Source of the DNA: Azolla caroliniana
Taxonomy: Eukaryota; Plantae; Polypodiophyta
Direction: 5' to 3'
NCBI GenBank assembly: GCA_043228905.1
Contig: JBHGNT010000014.1
Coordinates: forward strand, 20,894,001 to 20,958,000
DNA length: 64,000 bases
A model generated the notes under the pieces. That model was given only the letters and a program-made list of their open reading frames with translations. It was not told the DNA's origin and searched no databases. Below, piece after piece: positions 30,170-43,200 of this stretch. Each line of letters begins with the position of its first letter. Within the stretch, counting starts at the first letter, position 1. Position numbers and translations under genes: made by a program.

Positions 30170-33100
30170 ACGGTCCCTCCGGATGGGATGTCTGGAGATG
30201 AATGACGGCAAGCCCGGTTGCGGTTACGGAACCGGAGGATGAAGAGTACCCGGCATGAAGCCGGATGAAGAGTACCCGGTTACGGAGCCGGATGACGAAG
30301 ACCCGGCTACGGAGCCGGATGATGAAGACCCCGGTTACGGAGCCGGATGACGAAGACCCGGTTACGGAGCCGGATGACGAAGACCCGGTTACGGAGCCGG
30401 ATGACGAAGACCCCGGCTACGGAGCCGGATGATGTATGTACCCGGAGAGAGATCCGGATGCGGGGACATATTTGTGAATATGTTTGCCAAGGGCCCTTGA
30501 GGCTATATTTGTAAATAGCCCGAAAGTCATATGTGTATAAATATGACTTAGGGCAAACAGTTTTGATGTTGTTGCTCATCTTCTGTTTTCCACTTAGAGG
30601 GAGCGAAGTGAGAGCAGCCGAGAGGTAAAGAGAGAGAGAGAGAGAGAGAAACGAGGAGGTCGTTGCCTCTGTGTATTACCGCCGCCTGTGGCGAAGACAG
30701 TGAGCTCAAGGTTGTTGCCTTGAAGCTTCACCATTGTACATCTCTGTTCATAGTGATAGTTGGAGTTTGAGGACTCCCGTGGTTTTTTTTTCATTTAGGG
30801 TTTTCCACAGCACCGTTCGTAACATAGTCAACCTCAACTACCATCGACTTAAGGCCAAGTGAGTGGTCACCGACAGCTATAAGGAGGCAGCTGGCCAATA
30901 GAACCGAATCCGAGTCAGTCGACTCGAAAAGACCGACAGACTATGAGTCTGAGTCGGCAGAGCTGCTGAAGTCAATTGATGAATATGAGTTGGAGTTATC
31001 CAACCTGGATATGCCGATTGACGAGCAGAATCCTGAGCAAAGAGAAGAGTTGGCAGAGACATCTGGACTGGAGCCAACAATGAGTGGACGAAGATACCCA
31101 CTCAGAGAAAGGAAGGCACCGATTACATATGCTAGTCAATACGTCCTCTTGACTGATGACGGTGAACCAGAGTGCTATGAAGAAGCCATTGCCGACGAGA
31201 GCAAAGAAAAATGGCTGAGCGCGATGCAAGAGGAGATGGAATCCTTGCACGCGAATTACACCTACGACCTAGTAGAGTTGCCGAAAGGTAAGAGAGCACT
31301 CAGGAATAAATGGGTCTACAAGGTGAAGACTGGAGAAGTCGACAACGAGCCCAGGTACAAAGCCCGCATAGTGGTAAAGGGTTTTCAACAGAAGAAGGGC
31401 GTCGACTTTGACTAAATATTCGCACCAGTCGTGAAGATGACATCCATTTGAACTGTTCTAAGCATAGCTGCCAGTTTGGACCTGGAGATCGAACAATTGG
31501 ATGTCAAAACCGCATTTCTGCACAAGGAGCTAGAAGAAGAAATTTACATGCAGGAACCCGAAGGCTTTGAGGAGAAAGGGAAAGAGAATCTGGTGTGTCG
31601 ACTAAGGAAAAGCTTGTATGGCTTGAAACAAGCTCCATGCCAATGGTACAAGAAATTCGAGTCCTTCATGATGGAACATCGGTTCCAGAAAACATAGGCT
31701 GATCACTGTGTGTTTGTAAAAAGGTACGAGGAAGGAGATTTCTTGATCCTCTTGCTATATGTTGATGATATGTTGATAGTCAGTCAAGACACAAGGAAGA
31801 TTGGTAGCTTGAAGAAAGCTCTCGCAAATCATTTGCCATGAAAGACCTTGGACCGGCAAAGCAAATCCTAGGAATGCACATAACCCGAGACAGAGCTCGG
31901 AAGGTGCTATGGTTGTCACAACAAAAGTATGTGACGAAGATCCTAGAGAGGTTCAACATGTCGAACGCAAAGCCGGTCGGCTCAGTGTTGCCGACAAATT
32001 GCAGATTGAATGTGAAGCAGTGTCCGAAAGGGCAGAGGGAAATGGCTGAGATGTAGAAGGTACCATATGCCTCGGCTGTCGGCTGTCTAATGTAGGCTAT
32101 GGTCTGTACGAGACCGAACATAACATTTGATGTGGGAGTAGGAAGCCGATATATGAGTAATCCAGGGAGAGAACACTAGGCAGCAGTGAAGTGGATACTC
32201 AGGTACCTGAAAGGCACCTCGGAGGTGTGCCTAAGGTATGGTGTCGGAAAACCTGTGCTGGAAGGTTTTACCGATTCAGACATGTTTGGAGATACTGACT
32301 CAAGCTGATCCACGTCAGGGTATGTGATGACCTATGTAGGGGGAGCAATGTCGTGGCAGTCACGATTGCAGAAGTCTGTAGCCTTGTCGACTACAGAGGC
32401 AGAGTATATGGCGACGGTAGAGGCCGGAAAAGAGCTGATCTGGATGAGAAGTTTTCTCACCGAACTAGGCATGAAGCAAAATGAGTTATTGCTTCATTGT
32501 GACAGCCAAAGCGCCATACACCTAGATATCACTCTCGGACCAAGCACATACAGAGAAGGTATCACTGGTTGCGGGAGAGAGTCGAAGAAGGAGAGTTTTC
32601 CCTTGTGAAGATTCATACTGACGTCAATGGATCCTCTCGGTGTGTTGTATATCTACTTTCTATAGTGAAGAAATCTGTTCACCCGTGGTTTTCCCCGTTT
32701 TAGGGTTCCCACATAAATCTCTGTGCACTCTTGTTTATCTTGTCTTTTCCTTGGCATATTTTCTGTGATTCGTATTTCAGAAGTGTCTGTTCATTGTGAT
32801 TTATATTCCGCAACGATTTCTCAACACATTTGAGCATGGATCAAGTATAGTGTGTTTGTTTTCTGGGCTTGAGCCACAATCAAGCTCCCCTTGCAGAACT
32901 TCATGAAACCATTCCGAATGCTACCTGTGTCGCCTTCATCATCCAATCGATTGGTTGATATCAGAATCAATCTGACTTCCGAAACGTGTCGTACACCTTT
33001 CAGCACTAGCCGATATCCAATCGACGTTACCAGACACACATCTCCAATGCCAACGATTCGAAATGCTCCTTCATTTCCGATCTTTACAGATATGAGATCT

Positions 33101-33887
33101 TCAGCTCTGTAAGATGAAAAAGCATTTCCGATCGGGGGTTAGGTGGAATGACACACCCGAATCTACCACCCATGTCGATTCATCGCCGACAAGGTTCACT
33201 TCGTTCTGCTTGTAGATCAGTAGTAGTTCCTCCTCACTTGTCGCGATTGCCGAGGTGTTCTTGCTGTCCAAAATCTTCTTCAGCTACACACCATTGGCTT
33301 CCCCTTTTTCCTTTTGGAAATGTCGACAATTCTTTTGGAAGTGGCCCAGCTTCCCACAATAGAAGCACGTGGGCCTTCCCTTGGACTTCGACCTTGTCCC
33401 ACGAGATCTCAATTTTGGGGACTTCGATTTCGGCCTCTTTCGCGATTTGTCTTACCTTTCGTGACTAAGGCCTTCAAGTCGGCAATGGACCTTCATTCAA
33501 TAAGCTTGACTTCACCTACTTTAGGGATAGATGTTTCCCTTCTGGTCCGGCGTTGCCCAATGTGACAATGAGCATCTCCCAACTGTCCGGAAGGGATCCT
33601 AACAACAATAGTGCTAATACCTCATCGACAAGAGGTACTTCTAGAGAGGTGGTTTGATTCATCAGTCCTTGGAAGGCATTAATGTGCTCCACCATGTTGG
33701 AGTCGTCCTGATACCAGAGTCTCACGATTTTCGTGAAAACTAAGACTCTGTTCACGGCGTTCTTGTTTTCGAACATCACACCAATCTTCTTCTAGAGAAC
33801 GTCGACACTCGTCTCTTCATCAAAGTTGTTGTATAGATTCATGTCTATAAAACACCATATATATGCAACCGACTTCAGATGAATGGT

Positions 33888-34246
33888 TGTTAATGGGTGG
33901 GGGGTGAAGCCTACTCCCATTCTAAGCTTTGCCCCCCTCCCAAGGGGGTTATGATAAAGAGAGCGAACGAGAGTGAAAATAAGAAATGACACCAAAATGA
34001 GAGGGGAAAAAGTTCTATGTCATTAATTGCCCCATCAGGGGTTTATATAGTACAAGAGGTAACCTTTACAAATAAGAATGAGACAAGTAGGGAGTTACAT
34101 TACTTACCCACTTTCTCACCTTTGTACAAATGTGCATGTGTTCATACACATACTCATCCTCACACACTCATTCATATTACACATTACACACATTACACAC
34201 CATACACATTACACCTTAACCCTTCTGTACACCTATATGGGTAACA
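33888..34246 (-). mobile_element. 359-bp solo LTR in Copia A gag
   Basis: TGTTA...TAACA termini; removing it restores the gag frame WEVIHLKSVAYI. TSD degenerate (atggt/atgac). Orientation inferred from a TATA-like motif. Confidence 0.7.
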
Positions 34247-36239
34247 ATGACTTCCCAAGTCGATGCATCGATCTTTTCTGGCTTCGTCTTTCCGTACTGC
34301 ACCGGCAACCACAGGTCTTTGCATACAAGCATATCCCGCATCTTCGACTTCCACACTGAATAGTTGGAGCCGGTTAACTTGAACATTCCACCGAAATGTT
34401 CATCCATCACTCTGATACCACTTTGTTAGGATATGAACCAACCACAACCAGTTTCTCGTATACGTGTTCGGGTGCAAAGAAAACGAACAAGGAAATGTAT
34501 AGACAGAAAACAAAAGAACAGAAATACTCAGAAATGAGACACAAATATTTTATGTGGAAAACCCGAAAAAGAAAAACCACGGGGGTCCACAAACCCCAAG
34601 AAAACAAATCACTATGTGTACGTAGAGTTACTACTCTCACACACTCTCTCTCTCACTCACGGTTATAGAGGCAACTACCGTCAGTGTAACTCTTACAACT
34701 ATAATGATGATCACGTATCTATAAAGTTTTCCCTAGTTGTATTTATACATATACAATGTTCAAGCTATTTACATACATAGCCTAGAAGGGTTACATTTAG
34801 ACTATTTACATATATGGTCTCCCAATTTCGGTTTCGGTTTTCGATTTCGGCCTCAACTGAAATACTCATGGACTCCATTCGATTCTGTTCATTCTCCTTT
34901 CCTCAATTCGAGCTCTTCTTCCCATCCAGAGGGACCTATTCTAACAATCACAAGCTATACCTTAACGATCATGGAGCTATTGGACGCACTCGATTCAATC
35001 AATGTCAACATTGATGACGACGAAATGGTGCAAATATGTCTCGGTGTCCTAGTGCCACGGTTCACCAAAATGAGATCTATTGATTATCAAGCTCAACCTA
35101 GTCTAGTGTGTGAACACACCCTTTGAGAATCTATGAGCACTCAAAGGTCAAAAATCACCAGTACTCTCTACACATTAACTATGTGATATAGAATCATATT
35201 CTATGACACATAACTAATGAGTTTCCACAATCCCCATGACTCATGAGCTTCTATACCTCTAAAGAGAGAGGGTGACTGTATATAAAGCACCGTCCTCCTA
35301 CGTCATATAGAGCCGATTGTCCTCCTTTGTAATGCTACATTTTTGTTCATCATATTCTCCTTGTTATTTGCGGAGTTCGGATCGGCGTATACCCTTTTGA
35401 TGGCGAATCGGGCGGAGATGGTTGTCGAACACCCCCGAGCCTCACACTCACTTAACGATTAATAGATGATTAAGCACGATATCTCTCTCACTCTCTCAAG
35501 CTCGCTCTCATAGACAATAGGGTAATGAATATAGACAATAAGAGTAATGAATATGTTTATTAACCCTCTTGTTAAGAGGTCTAGCACCAACAAGGAAGAG
35601 AGATTAGTGTTCTCTAACTAAACACCTCACTAATCTCTCTTAAGTTTAAAGGTTACAAGAGGGAGGAGAGGAAGCTCTAGCTCTTAATCAATAGGGAGAT
35701 CTTTACAAATGGAAGAACCCTTACAAAGCCACCACAATGTGGTTTATATAGCATTTACATTTAGGGTATGGCCCTTTTACAGTTGGATGTCCCTTGGCCC
35801 TTTTTCCTCTTGCCATTTCCTCTTCATAGGTCCTTTAGCCATACTACGTCCTTGTTGATGCACTCTTCTTCATGACCGGTCGTGGTGCAATCCAAGCGCT
35901 TAACATCCCCCCCAACCTAATGAGTGCACACCCCTAGGTGCACTGTGGGAGGGGAGCTTCGGGCGTTGAGGGCGAGAAGGATAGAGTAGGGGGGGTTTTC
36001 GGGGGGTGGTAGGCGGCGAGGGTGGAGGATGTGTTGTCCGAGTGTTGTCAGAGGGCCTTTGTGTGCCTTTAAGGACCCGGACTCGTAACTCTTTTCAGGG
36101 GGGAAAAGGGGAGTCTATGAGGTAGTTCTATGGGGAATTCGGCCTCCTAGGTGCTGAATTTGGTCGATGCCTATTGACTTAACCTGGGCGGGGTATTTGG
36201 TTGATGTGTGCAATTGTCGGGTGTCCCGTGCAGTCGCGG

Positions 36240-37205
36240 TATGGTCGTGGGTGGGGAGCCGGCTTCGTTTCGGGACCCAGAATCAAGTGGCACCTTTGTG
36301 CCAACCTTGGGCATTTGTGAGTTCTTTTCAGACTCGCCAAACAACACGTTCTCTGCGGCGTGGTCCTTCGGCGAAAGTCGCGTGGACATTCACCCACTTG
36401 TGCGGCGTGGATGTCCTTGTTCTGATGTTAGCGTTACTCTGACCATGGGTGATCAGTGGTTGTGTGAGTTCTTTTTGGTTGGGTGTTTTCACGCTCTAGA
36501 GTTTGTCGAGATTGGTTGGGAGTGGTTCGAGTGTTGTTGCAACAAGTTTTTCGAACTTCACACCATTTGCAGTTTGGAAGGAGACAATGTTCTTGCTTGG
36601 TAATAGTAGACATTCGCTTTTGTGACACTAATCCAAACCGAGGAGGCAAGGTGTGTACAACACTTTCAATGGGAGGACCCTCACTAGAATTGAATGCTCA
36701 CTGTATTGTGCCTTGATTTTGCACACAAAGGCTCCGAGGTAGCGTGATGTGGAACCATCGAAGCCAAGGAAGTTGTCGTTGCACGCTTGGAGGTTTGGGA
36801 AACCTAGTGTTCCCACGTTTTGAAGGAGAAAAGGGTTAGTGATGCTCCGGTGTCAATTACTGTTGTTAGAGGTACACCGTTGGCAAAGCATGGTAGGTGT
36901 GTTGTCACAACATTAGGGTCTATCGACCTAGCAATAGTTGTAGGGTGGGCGACACCTTGTCTTTTCAGTTTCTCTTGCGCATTGCGAAGATCGGTTTCTA
37001 GTCGGGCCATTCGGCCTTCGGATGCTTGAAGTTTGGCTTCCACATCTCGTTGTCGAGATGTGAGTAGAGCTTCGAGGGTGAGGGGTTCGTAGAGACGTTT
37101 GAGCTTGCTCCCATTGATGAATCCTGGGATGTCGATTCCTTCGAGCGTGCGTATTTGACATGCTCCTGTCTTGGTAATCTCTGAGACTACATAGGGGCCT
37201 TTGCC
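36240..37205 (-). pseudogene. In-frame C-terminal extension of Gypsy D Pol: coiled coil + second retropepsin-like protease + WxPK tail
   Basis: After integrase: GKGPYVVSEITKTGACQIRTLEG...INGSKLKRLYEPLTLEALLTSRQRDVEAKLQASEGRMARLETDLRNAQEKLKRQG...ANGVPLTTVIDTGASLTLFS (DTG at 36854-36846), one frameshift, LGFPNLQAC..FLGFDGSTSRYLG...CLLGLD*CHK (stop where W is expected), then ...WRV*KELTNAQGWHKGAT*FWVPK. Confidence 0.75.
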
Positions 37206-40200
37206 TCATAATTTGAGCTTCTTTTTGTGTCGTTGAGAGGTGAATTTGAGAGCCATGTCCCCTTCAGCTAGATCCTTATCCCTTACTTTGTTATCGTGCC
37301 ACACCTTTCTATTGGCTTTCTCTGTCAAGAGTGCTTGGAATGCGAGAAGGCGAGTTTCGGTCAACCGTTGTAGGTTCTCTAGGCGTGATGGGAGGGGGTT
37401 CCCATCCCATCGTTCTTGAACGGCTATCCTGAGGCTAGGGATGAGGACCTCGATGGGAAGTACTTGTCCATATACTAGTTTGAATGGTGTGTGGAGAGTT
37501 GCTACTTTGTAGGAGGTGCGGAAGGCCCACAATGTGGCTTGGAGTTTGGTGCTCCAATCGATCGCGAAGCTACAATTATCTTCGTGAGCACTGGACATAA
37601 CACCTTATTAATGCTTTCCGCTTGATCATTGCACCAGGGTTAATAAGGGGAGCTCTTGCGGTGTGTCACCATAAACTCGCCTAGTAGGTGTGTTATCACC
37701 TCATTGAGGTAATGGGAGCCTTGGTCGCTAATGATCTCGAGCGGACATCCAAACCGTATGATGACATTTTCATATAGGAATTTGGCGGTGCTATGTGCAT
37801 CAACGTTTAACTTAACACAAGCTTTGGCTTCAGCCCAATTTGTAGCATAATCAATGGCGGTGATTATGTATCGATTGAGGTTGGAAGTTGGGCTAATTGG
37901 GCCGATAAAGTTGATTCGCCATTTCTCGAATGGTTGCTAAGCCACTACCGGGTTTAATGTGTTGAAATCCGCTTTTAACGGGTGCTTGAAACGTTGGCAC
38001 TCGTCACACCGGCGTACATACTTGTATGTGTCTTTGAATAGGGTTGGCCACCATAGGCCGGATTGGAGGATCTTGCGTGTGGTGGACTTGTGATTGAAAT
38101 GACCGCTTTTTCTTCCACAATGAGCTTGTTCGAAACAACGATGACATCATGGTCTGTTACACACCTTCGAAGTACATCATCGTTGCCTCTTCAATACAAG
38201 TTTCCTCTGAGCATCGTGAAGGGGCCACATTTTCGTAACAAAACACGTGCTTGTGCCCGACTTAGTTGTTGTTGGAAGGATGCTCCTTCGGTTAAGACAT
38301 GAACGATGTCTTATGCCCATGATGGTACAGTTTCGATCGTGAATAATGCAACATCTAGGGTTTCATCGTCGACTCTAGTGGCTTCTTCTCCATTTGGTAT
38401 TTGTGAGATGATCGACGAGTACATGGTCTTTTCCTTTTCTCACCACCACCTTGAAGTTGAACTCAAGTAGAGTTATAATCCATCGTGATATACGTCCTGT
38501 GGCGTGAGTCTTGTTTACCAAGTAGAGGAGGGCTTGATGATCTACAAAAAATGAGAAAAATGACGCCAAGAGGTAATGTTGGAACTTCTTCACGTTGTAA
38601 ACCATTGCTAAAGCTTCTCGTTCCATTGTGGAGTAATTTCGTTCCGCTGAGTTTAGCTGACGGCTAGCGAAGGTGATCGGTAGATTGAGTGCTCCTTCAC
38701 CAGGTTGAGCGAGTACCGCACCAATCGCGAAGGCAGAAGCATAAGTGTGAACGTGGAATTCTTTGTTCCAGTCTGGGGATCAGAGGATGGGGGCTTTAGT
38801 TAAGCACTCCTTCAAGAGCTCGAATGACAGGTGCACTCTTCTGTCCAGGTATACTGCTTTAGTAATGCGTAGAGTGGTCTTGCCTTGTCTACGAACATCT
38901 TAATGAAGCGTCTATAGTAACCCACGTACCCAATGCGTCCTTGTAGTTATTTCTCGTTCGCGGGTGGTGGCATGTCAAGGATGAGCTTTCCTTTTGCCTC
39001 ATTGATTGAGATCCCATGTCGGGACACACCATGACCTAATATGAGTTCGTGTTTGACCCAAAATTGACACTTGAGAGGGTTGAGGGAGAGTTGATATTCC
39101 TTGCACTTTTCGAACGTCAAGTAGAGTAGTGTCAGGTGGGCGTGCCATTTCGAATGACAACATAAATCATCGACGTAGGACTCCACCCCTTGTCGTAACC
39201 TTGTCGGGAAGATGTGGTCTGTTGCCCTTTGATAGGTGCTCAGGGCACTTGTGAGCTCGAAAGGCATTTGTTTGTACGCGAACGTACCAAATTCGGTTGC
39301 AAAGGCTGCCTTGTGTTTATCTTTGGGTGCCACCGAGATTTGGTTGTACCCTGAGAACCCATCGATGAAGCTATAGGCTTCTGCTCTTGCAACTCTTTCG
39401 AGTAAGTGCTCGATGTAGGGTACCAGGTAGTTGTCTTTGATGGTGGCATCATTGACTTGCCGATAGTCAACACATATGCGGATTTGGCCATTCTTCTTGG
39501 GGACGACTACGATTGGGGAGCCCCAAGTTGTTCGCTCAATCAGGTAGATGATGCTAGTGTCTAACATTTTATTGATTTCGGCTTTTACTTGTTGAGAGTA
39601 GTTAGGGTTCATTGGGCGCAGTCTTTGTTGGATTGGGCGGGCGTCGGCTTGCATGGGGATGCTATGGGTGATGACTTCGGCCGGTACACCTTTCATATCT
39701 ACATACGACCATGCAAACACGTCTCTAAAATTTGTGAGGAGGGTGATCAAGGACGTCTCCTCGTCCGACTAGAGATTCGTGGCAACGAACGTTGGTTTGG
39801 GGTCCACCCCATTTTCAAAGTTGATTTCTTTAACTCTCGCCGGTTCGTCAGATGCCTAGCCTAGGATGTTAGGGGTGCGTTGTGGTCTCTTACAAGCCAC
39901 TACCCTACTCCCTTGTTTGTAGAGTTTGAATTGCCCCAGGAAGTCCACCTCTGTCGAGGTCTTCCGAGTGGTCACATTCTCTTCCTTGCACGTGATTTGT
40001 TGTGCTAGGTCTTCGTATTTTACGTCCACCTGTTTTCGCTTGGGTACGAGAGTGGTGACATTAAAACCCGAAATCGTGTCTCCATCCTCATCGCCAAACT
40101 TTGTACCAATGGGGTACATTGCATGGGTCGTGGCGAGAGCATGCACCCAATCCATCTCGGACGCATAGGAAGCCACAGATTGGTCTTCCCTCGCATTCTT

Positions 40201-40279
40201 TGTCCTAGGGGTAGTGGATTTTTGGGGAAGGGGTTGGCCCCTAGCAAAGATTTGACCTGTCTTTGTGGGATTGCATGCT

Positions 40280-43200
40280 AGGAGGAAGATCAAATGCCTA
40301 CGATCGGATGGCGGAAAAGAGTACTTTTCCGGCCAATTCAACAGCTATCTACAACAAAAAGGAATTCGGCGAGAATTCAGCTGCAAATACACACTGCAAC
40401 AGAACAGTGTGGCCGAAAGGAAGAATCAGTCGCTGATTGATGCGGCTAGGGCAATGCTGGAGGAAAAGAGCATGCCCAAGTTCTACTGGGCGGAGGCGGT
40501 CCAAACGGCCATTTACATCCAGAACTGGATCGGGGATAAGGTGTCAGCTCACGAGCTGTATTTCGGGCGCAAGCCGAATTTGAGACACCTCCGGATATTC
40601 GGCAACATAGCCTATGTACATGTGCTGGATGAGAAGCGGAGAAAGCTGGATGCAAAATCGGAAAAATGCATCCTAGTCGGCTATGCTCAAGAGCAAAAGG
40701 GGTATAAATGTTTTAACCCCCGGACGAAGCAGGTCCGAGTCAGCCGAGATGTCGAGTTTGATGAATCGGCATCGTGGTATTCCTTACCAACTCCGACTTC
40801 CGATCTCGACCCGATGTCGGAGGATGGGGCTAGTGAGCCTGAACCGGCCCAGGTAGAGAAAGATGAAGTCAGGACTCAAGATGAGAGTCTGGAATCATTC
40901 CAGTTATGCGGACCGAATGAGAGACTGGATCAGTCCAACCAGTCGGATAATGAGACGACGAGTAATGGAGACTCTGTCGTGCTCTCCCTGCACAAGGGAC
41001 CGAGGAGACGGTTCACACGCAAAGAGAAAGGGAAGCAGAAGATGCCGGAATTCGAGACCGGCAATGATGAGTCGGATCGGTCCGTATCTGACTTCGGCAA
41101 GGACATAGGCAGATCTTTGGGAACGAAGACCAAACTGGCTAAGAAGGGTCTCATACCAGGTAACGGTGAGTTACGTCGGTCCACCCGCCAGAAGGATCCC
41201 GTTAAACGGTACGGGTATAACGAGTACATGGCGCATCGTTATGCGTACATGACCAAGGTCGCAGAAGTGCGTGAGTCGGAGAGCTACGCAGAAGCGGCAA
41301 AGGACGCAAATTGGCGTGCCGCTATGGAGGAAGAAATGCGGGCACTGGATGCCAACGGAACTTGGGACTTGGTTGACCCTCCCTATCACTATAAACCGAT
41401 CGGATGCAAGTGGGTGTAGAAGGTAAAGTACAATGCCGACGGTACAGTTAACCGGTACAAGGCCTGGTTAGTGGCGAAGGGATATGCGCAGACCCACGGA
41501 ATCGACTACGACGAGACCTTCGCTCCTGTAGCGAAGATGACGATGGTTCGTGTGGTACTGGCGGTTGCTGCGGCAAGGGGGTGGCATCTTCATCATATAG
41601 ATGTGAAGAATGCTTTCCTTCAAGGAGATCTTGAAGAAGAAGTCTTTATGACTCAGCCCCCCGGATTTCAGTCGAAGGTGAACAAGTCGGTGGTATGCTG
41701 GCTGAGGAAGTCGTTGTACGGCTTGAAGCAAGCCCCCCGTGCTTGGAATGCTAAGATCATGCACCGGTTGCGAAAGATGGGGTTTGTTGCCTCTAAGTCG
41801 GACTCTTCCCTGTTCATCCGTCAAGGCTCAAACAGTCTGGTATGTATCTTACTCTATGTTGATGATTTAGTTATCACCGGCCCAGGTCTTCCGAAAATCA
41901 ACCGCGTCAAGTCCCAGTTGTCAGACGCATTCAATATGAAGGACTTGGGGGACCTTCATTATTTTTTGGGGATCGAGGTGATCCGCACCCCCGACGGCAT
42001 ATTGCTTTCTCAACGCCATTATGTGTTGAATATACTGTACAAGTTCGGCATGACGGAATGTCGATCTGTCTCCACACCCCTGGACCGGAATCAGAAGATC
42101 TGTCCCAACTCTGGACCAGCCTGCGATGAGAAAAGGTTTCGACAAATAGTCGGAAGCCTGATCTACTTGACCATCACCCAACCCGACATTAGCTATTCGG
42201 TCGGAGTGGTAAGCCAATTCATGCAGAAGCCGACCATGGAGCACCTTCAGTGCGCGCAATAAATACTGAGGTATGTAAGCGGCACTAAGGACAGGGGGCT
42301 CTTATACCGGCAAGGTATAACCGAAGAGCTTGTCGGCTACACGGATGCAGACTGGGCTGGCAATGCAACGGATCGTCACTCAACTTCCGGCTTTATGTTT
42401 TCTCTTGGGAGCGCGACTGTTTCGTGGAGCAGCAAAAAGCAGCCAACAGTGGCTCTATCCAACACTGAGGTTGAATACCGGGGCGCGACCGTTGCCACCT
42501 GCGAAGCCATTTGGCTTCGGCGACTACTGCAAGACCTGCGGATCGAGGTACCGACCCCGATCCTGATCTACTGTGATAACCTCAGCAGCATGCAGCTCGC
42601 CAAGAACCCTTTGTTCCATGCTCGCACAAAGCACATAGAACTGCATTATCACTTTGTGCGTGAGCGGGTCCTGAGCGGTAAAGTTGAACTACAGTATGTT
42701 CACACGGATCGGCAAGTTGCCGACATCTTCACCAAGCCGCTCGGGTCGGACAAGTTGCAGCACTTTACCGAAATGCTTGGTGTTCAACATCTCGACGTGC
42801 CGCACTTGAGGGGGAGACGCAAGGGCAAAGACACTACCGAAACAGGCAAAGGCAAAAAAACTGTTGAACCCGTAGGTAAGAGAAGAACCAGTAGAGGTGG
42901 AGACAAGAAGAAAAATGAAGCCGAGTCGACGAAGGAAGTCGGCACATCCAAACAGGTCGGAGTGAGCGGCTGTGAAGAAGAAGTGTACACTCAGGAAGAG
43001 AAGTGCATGCTATGCGGAGGTCATCACGATCGTAATGGCCATGATGCGGAATCGAATGAAGAATTCGACTTCGGTGAACCGGCTAAAGAAGCCAAGGGAA
43101 GCACGGAGAAGGCCAAGACCCGGACGTGGTCCGATGTGGTGAGAGGCCTGAAGCTGAAAATCAAATCGGAGGATACCAATTCGGACAAGAGCTGGAACAA

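Larger units (their letters stand above)
24612..30824 (+). mobile_element. Copia C (Tork-like), very young full-length element
   Basis: 5' LTR 24612-25277 (666 bp). 3' LTR 29393-30824, interrupted at 29408-30169. One LTR difference seen by eye (actcggc/acccggc). TSD TAGTC on both sides, PBS tggtatcagagc at 25281, PPT gaagggggag at 29381. Confidence 0.97.
21823..32826 (+). mobile_element. Copia B (Tork-like), degenerate, inserted in Copia A and interrupted by Copia C
   Basis: 5' LTR 21823-22401; PBS tggtatcagagc at 22405; gag with CFYCGKPGHFQKDC, PR WVVDSGASFH, INT, then RT/RH at 30830-32630 with many stops. The 3' LTR is truncated (~32631-32826) by a deletion with tcc microhomology. TSD tattt/cattt. 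Confidence 0.92.
18854..34946 (-). mobile_element. Copia A (Tnt1/Tork-like), full-length but degenerate, interrupted by Copia B and a solo LTR
   Basis: LTRs 18854-19412 and 34424-34946 (TGTT...AACA, diverged with indels). tRNA-iMet PBS tggtatcagag on minus at 34410-34420; PPT at ~19413-19427. Gag MDEHFGGMFKLTGSNYSVWKSKMRD, INT, RT and RH fragments with many stops. Flanks duplicate ATCA (4 bp seen; 5 expected). Confidence 0.9.
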
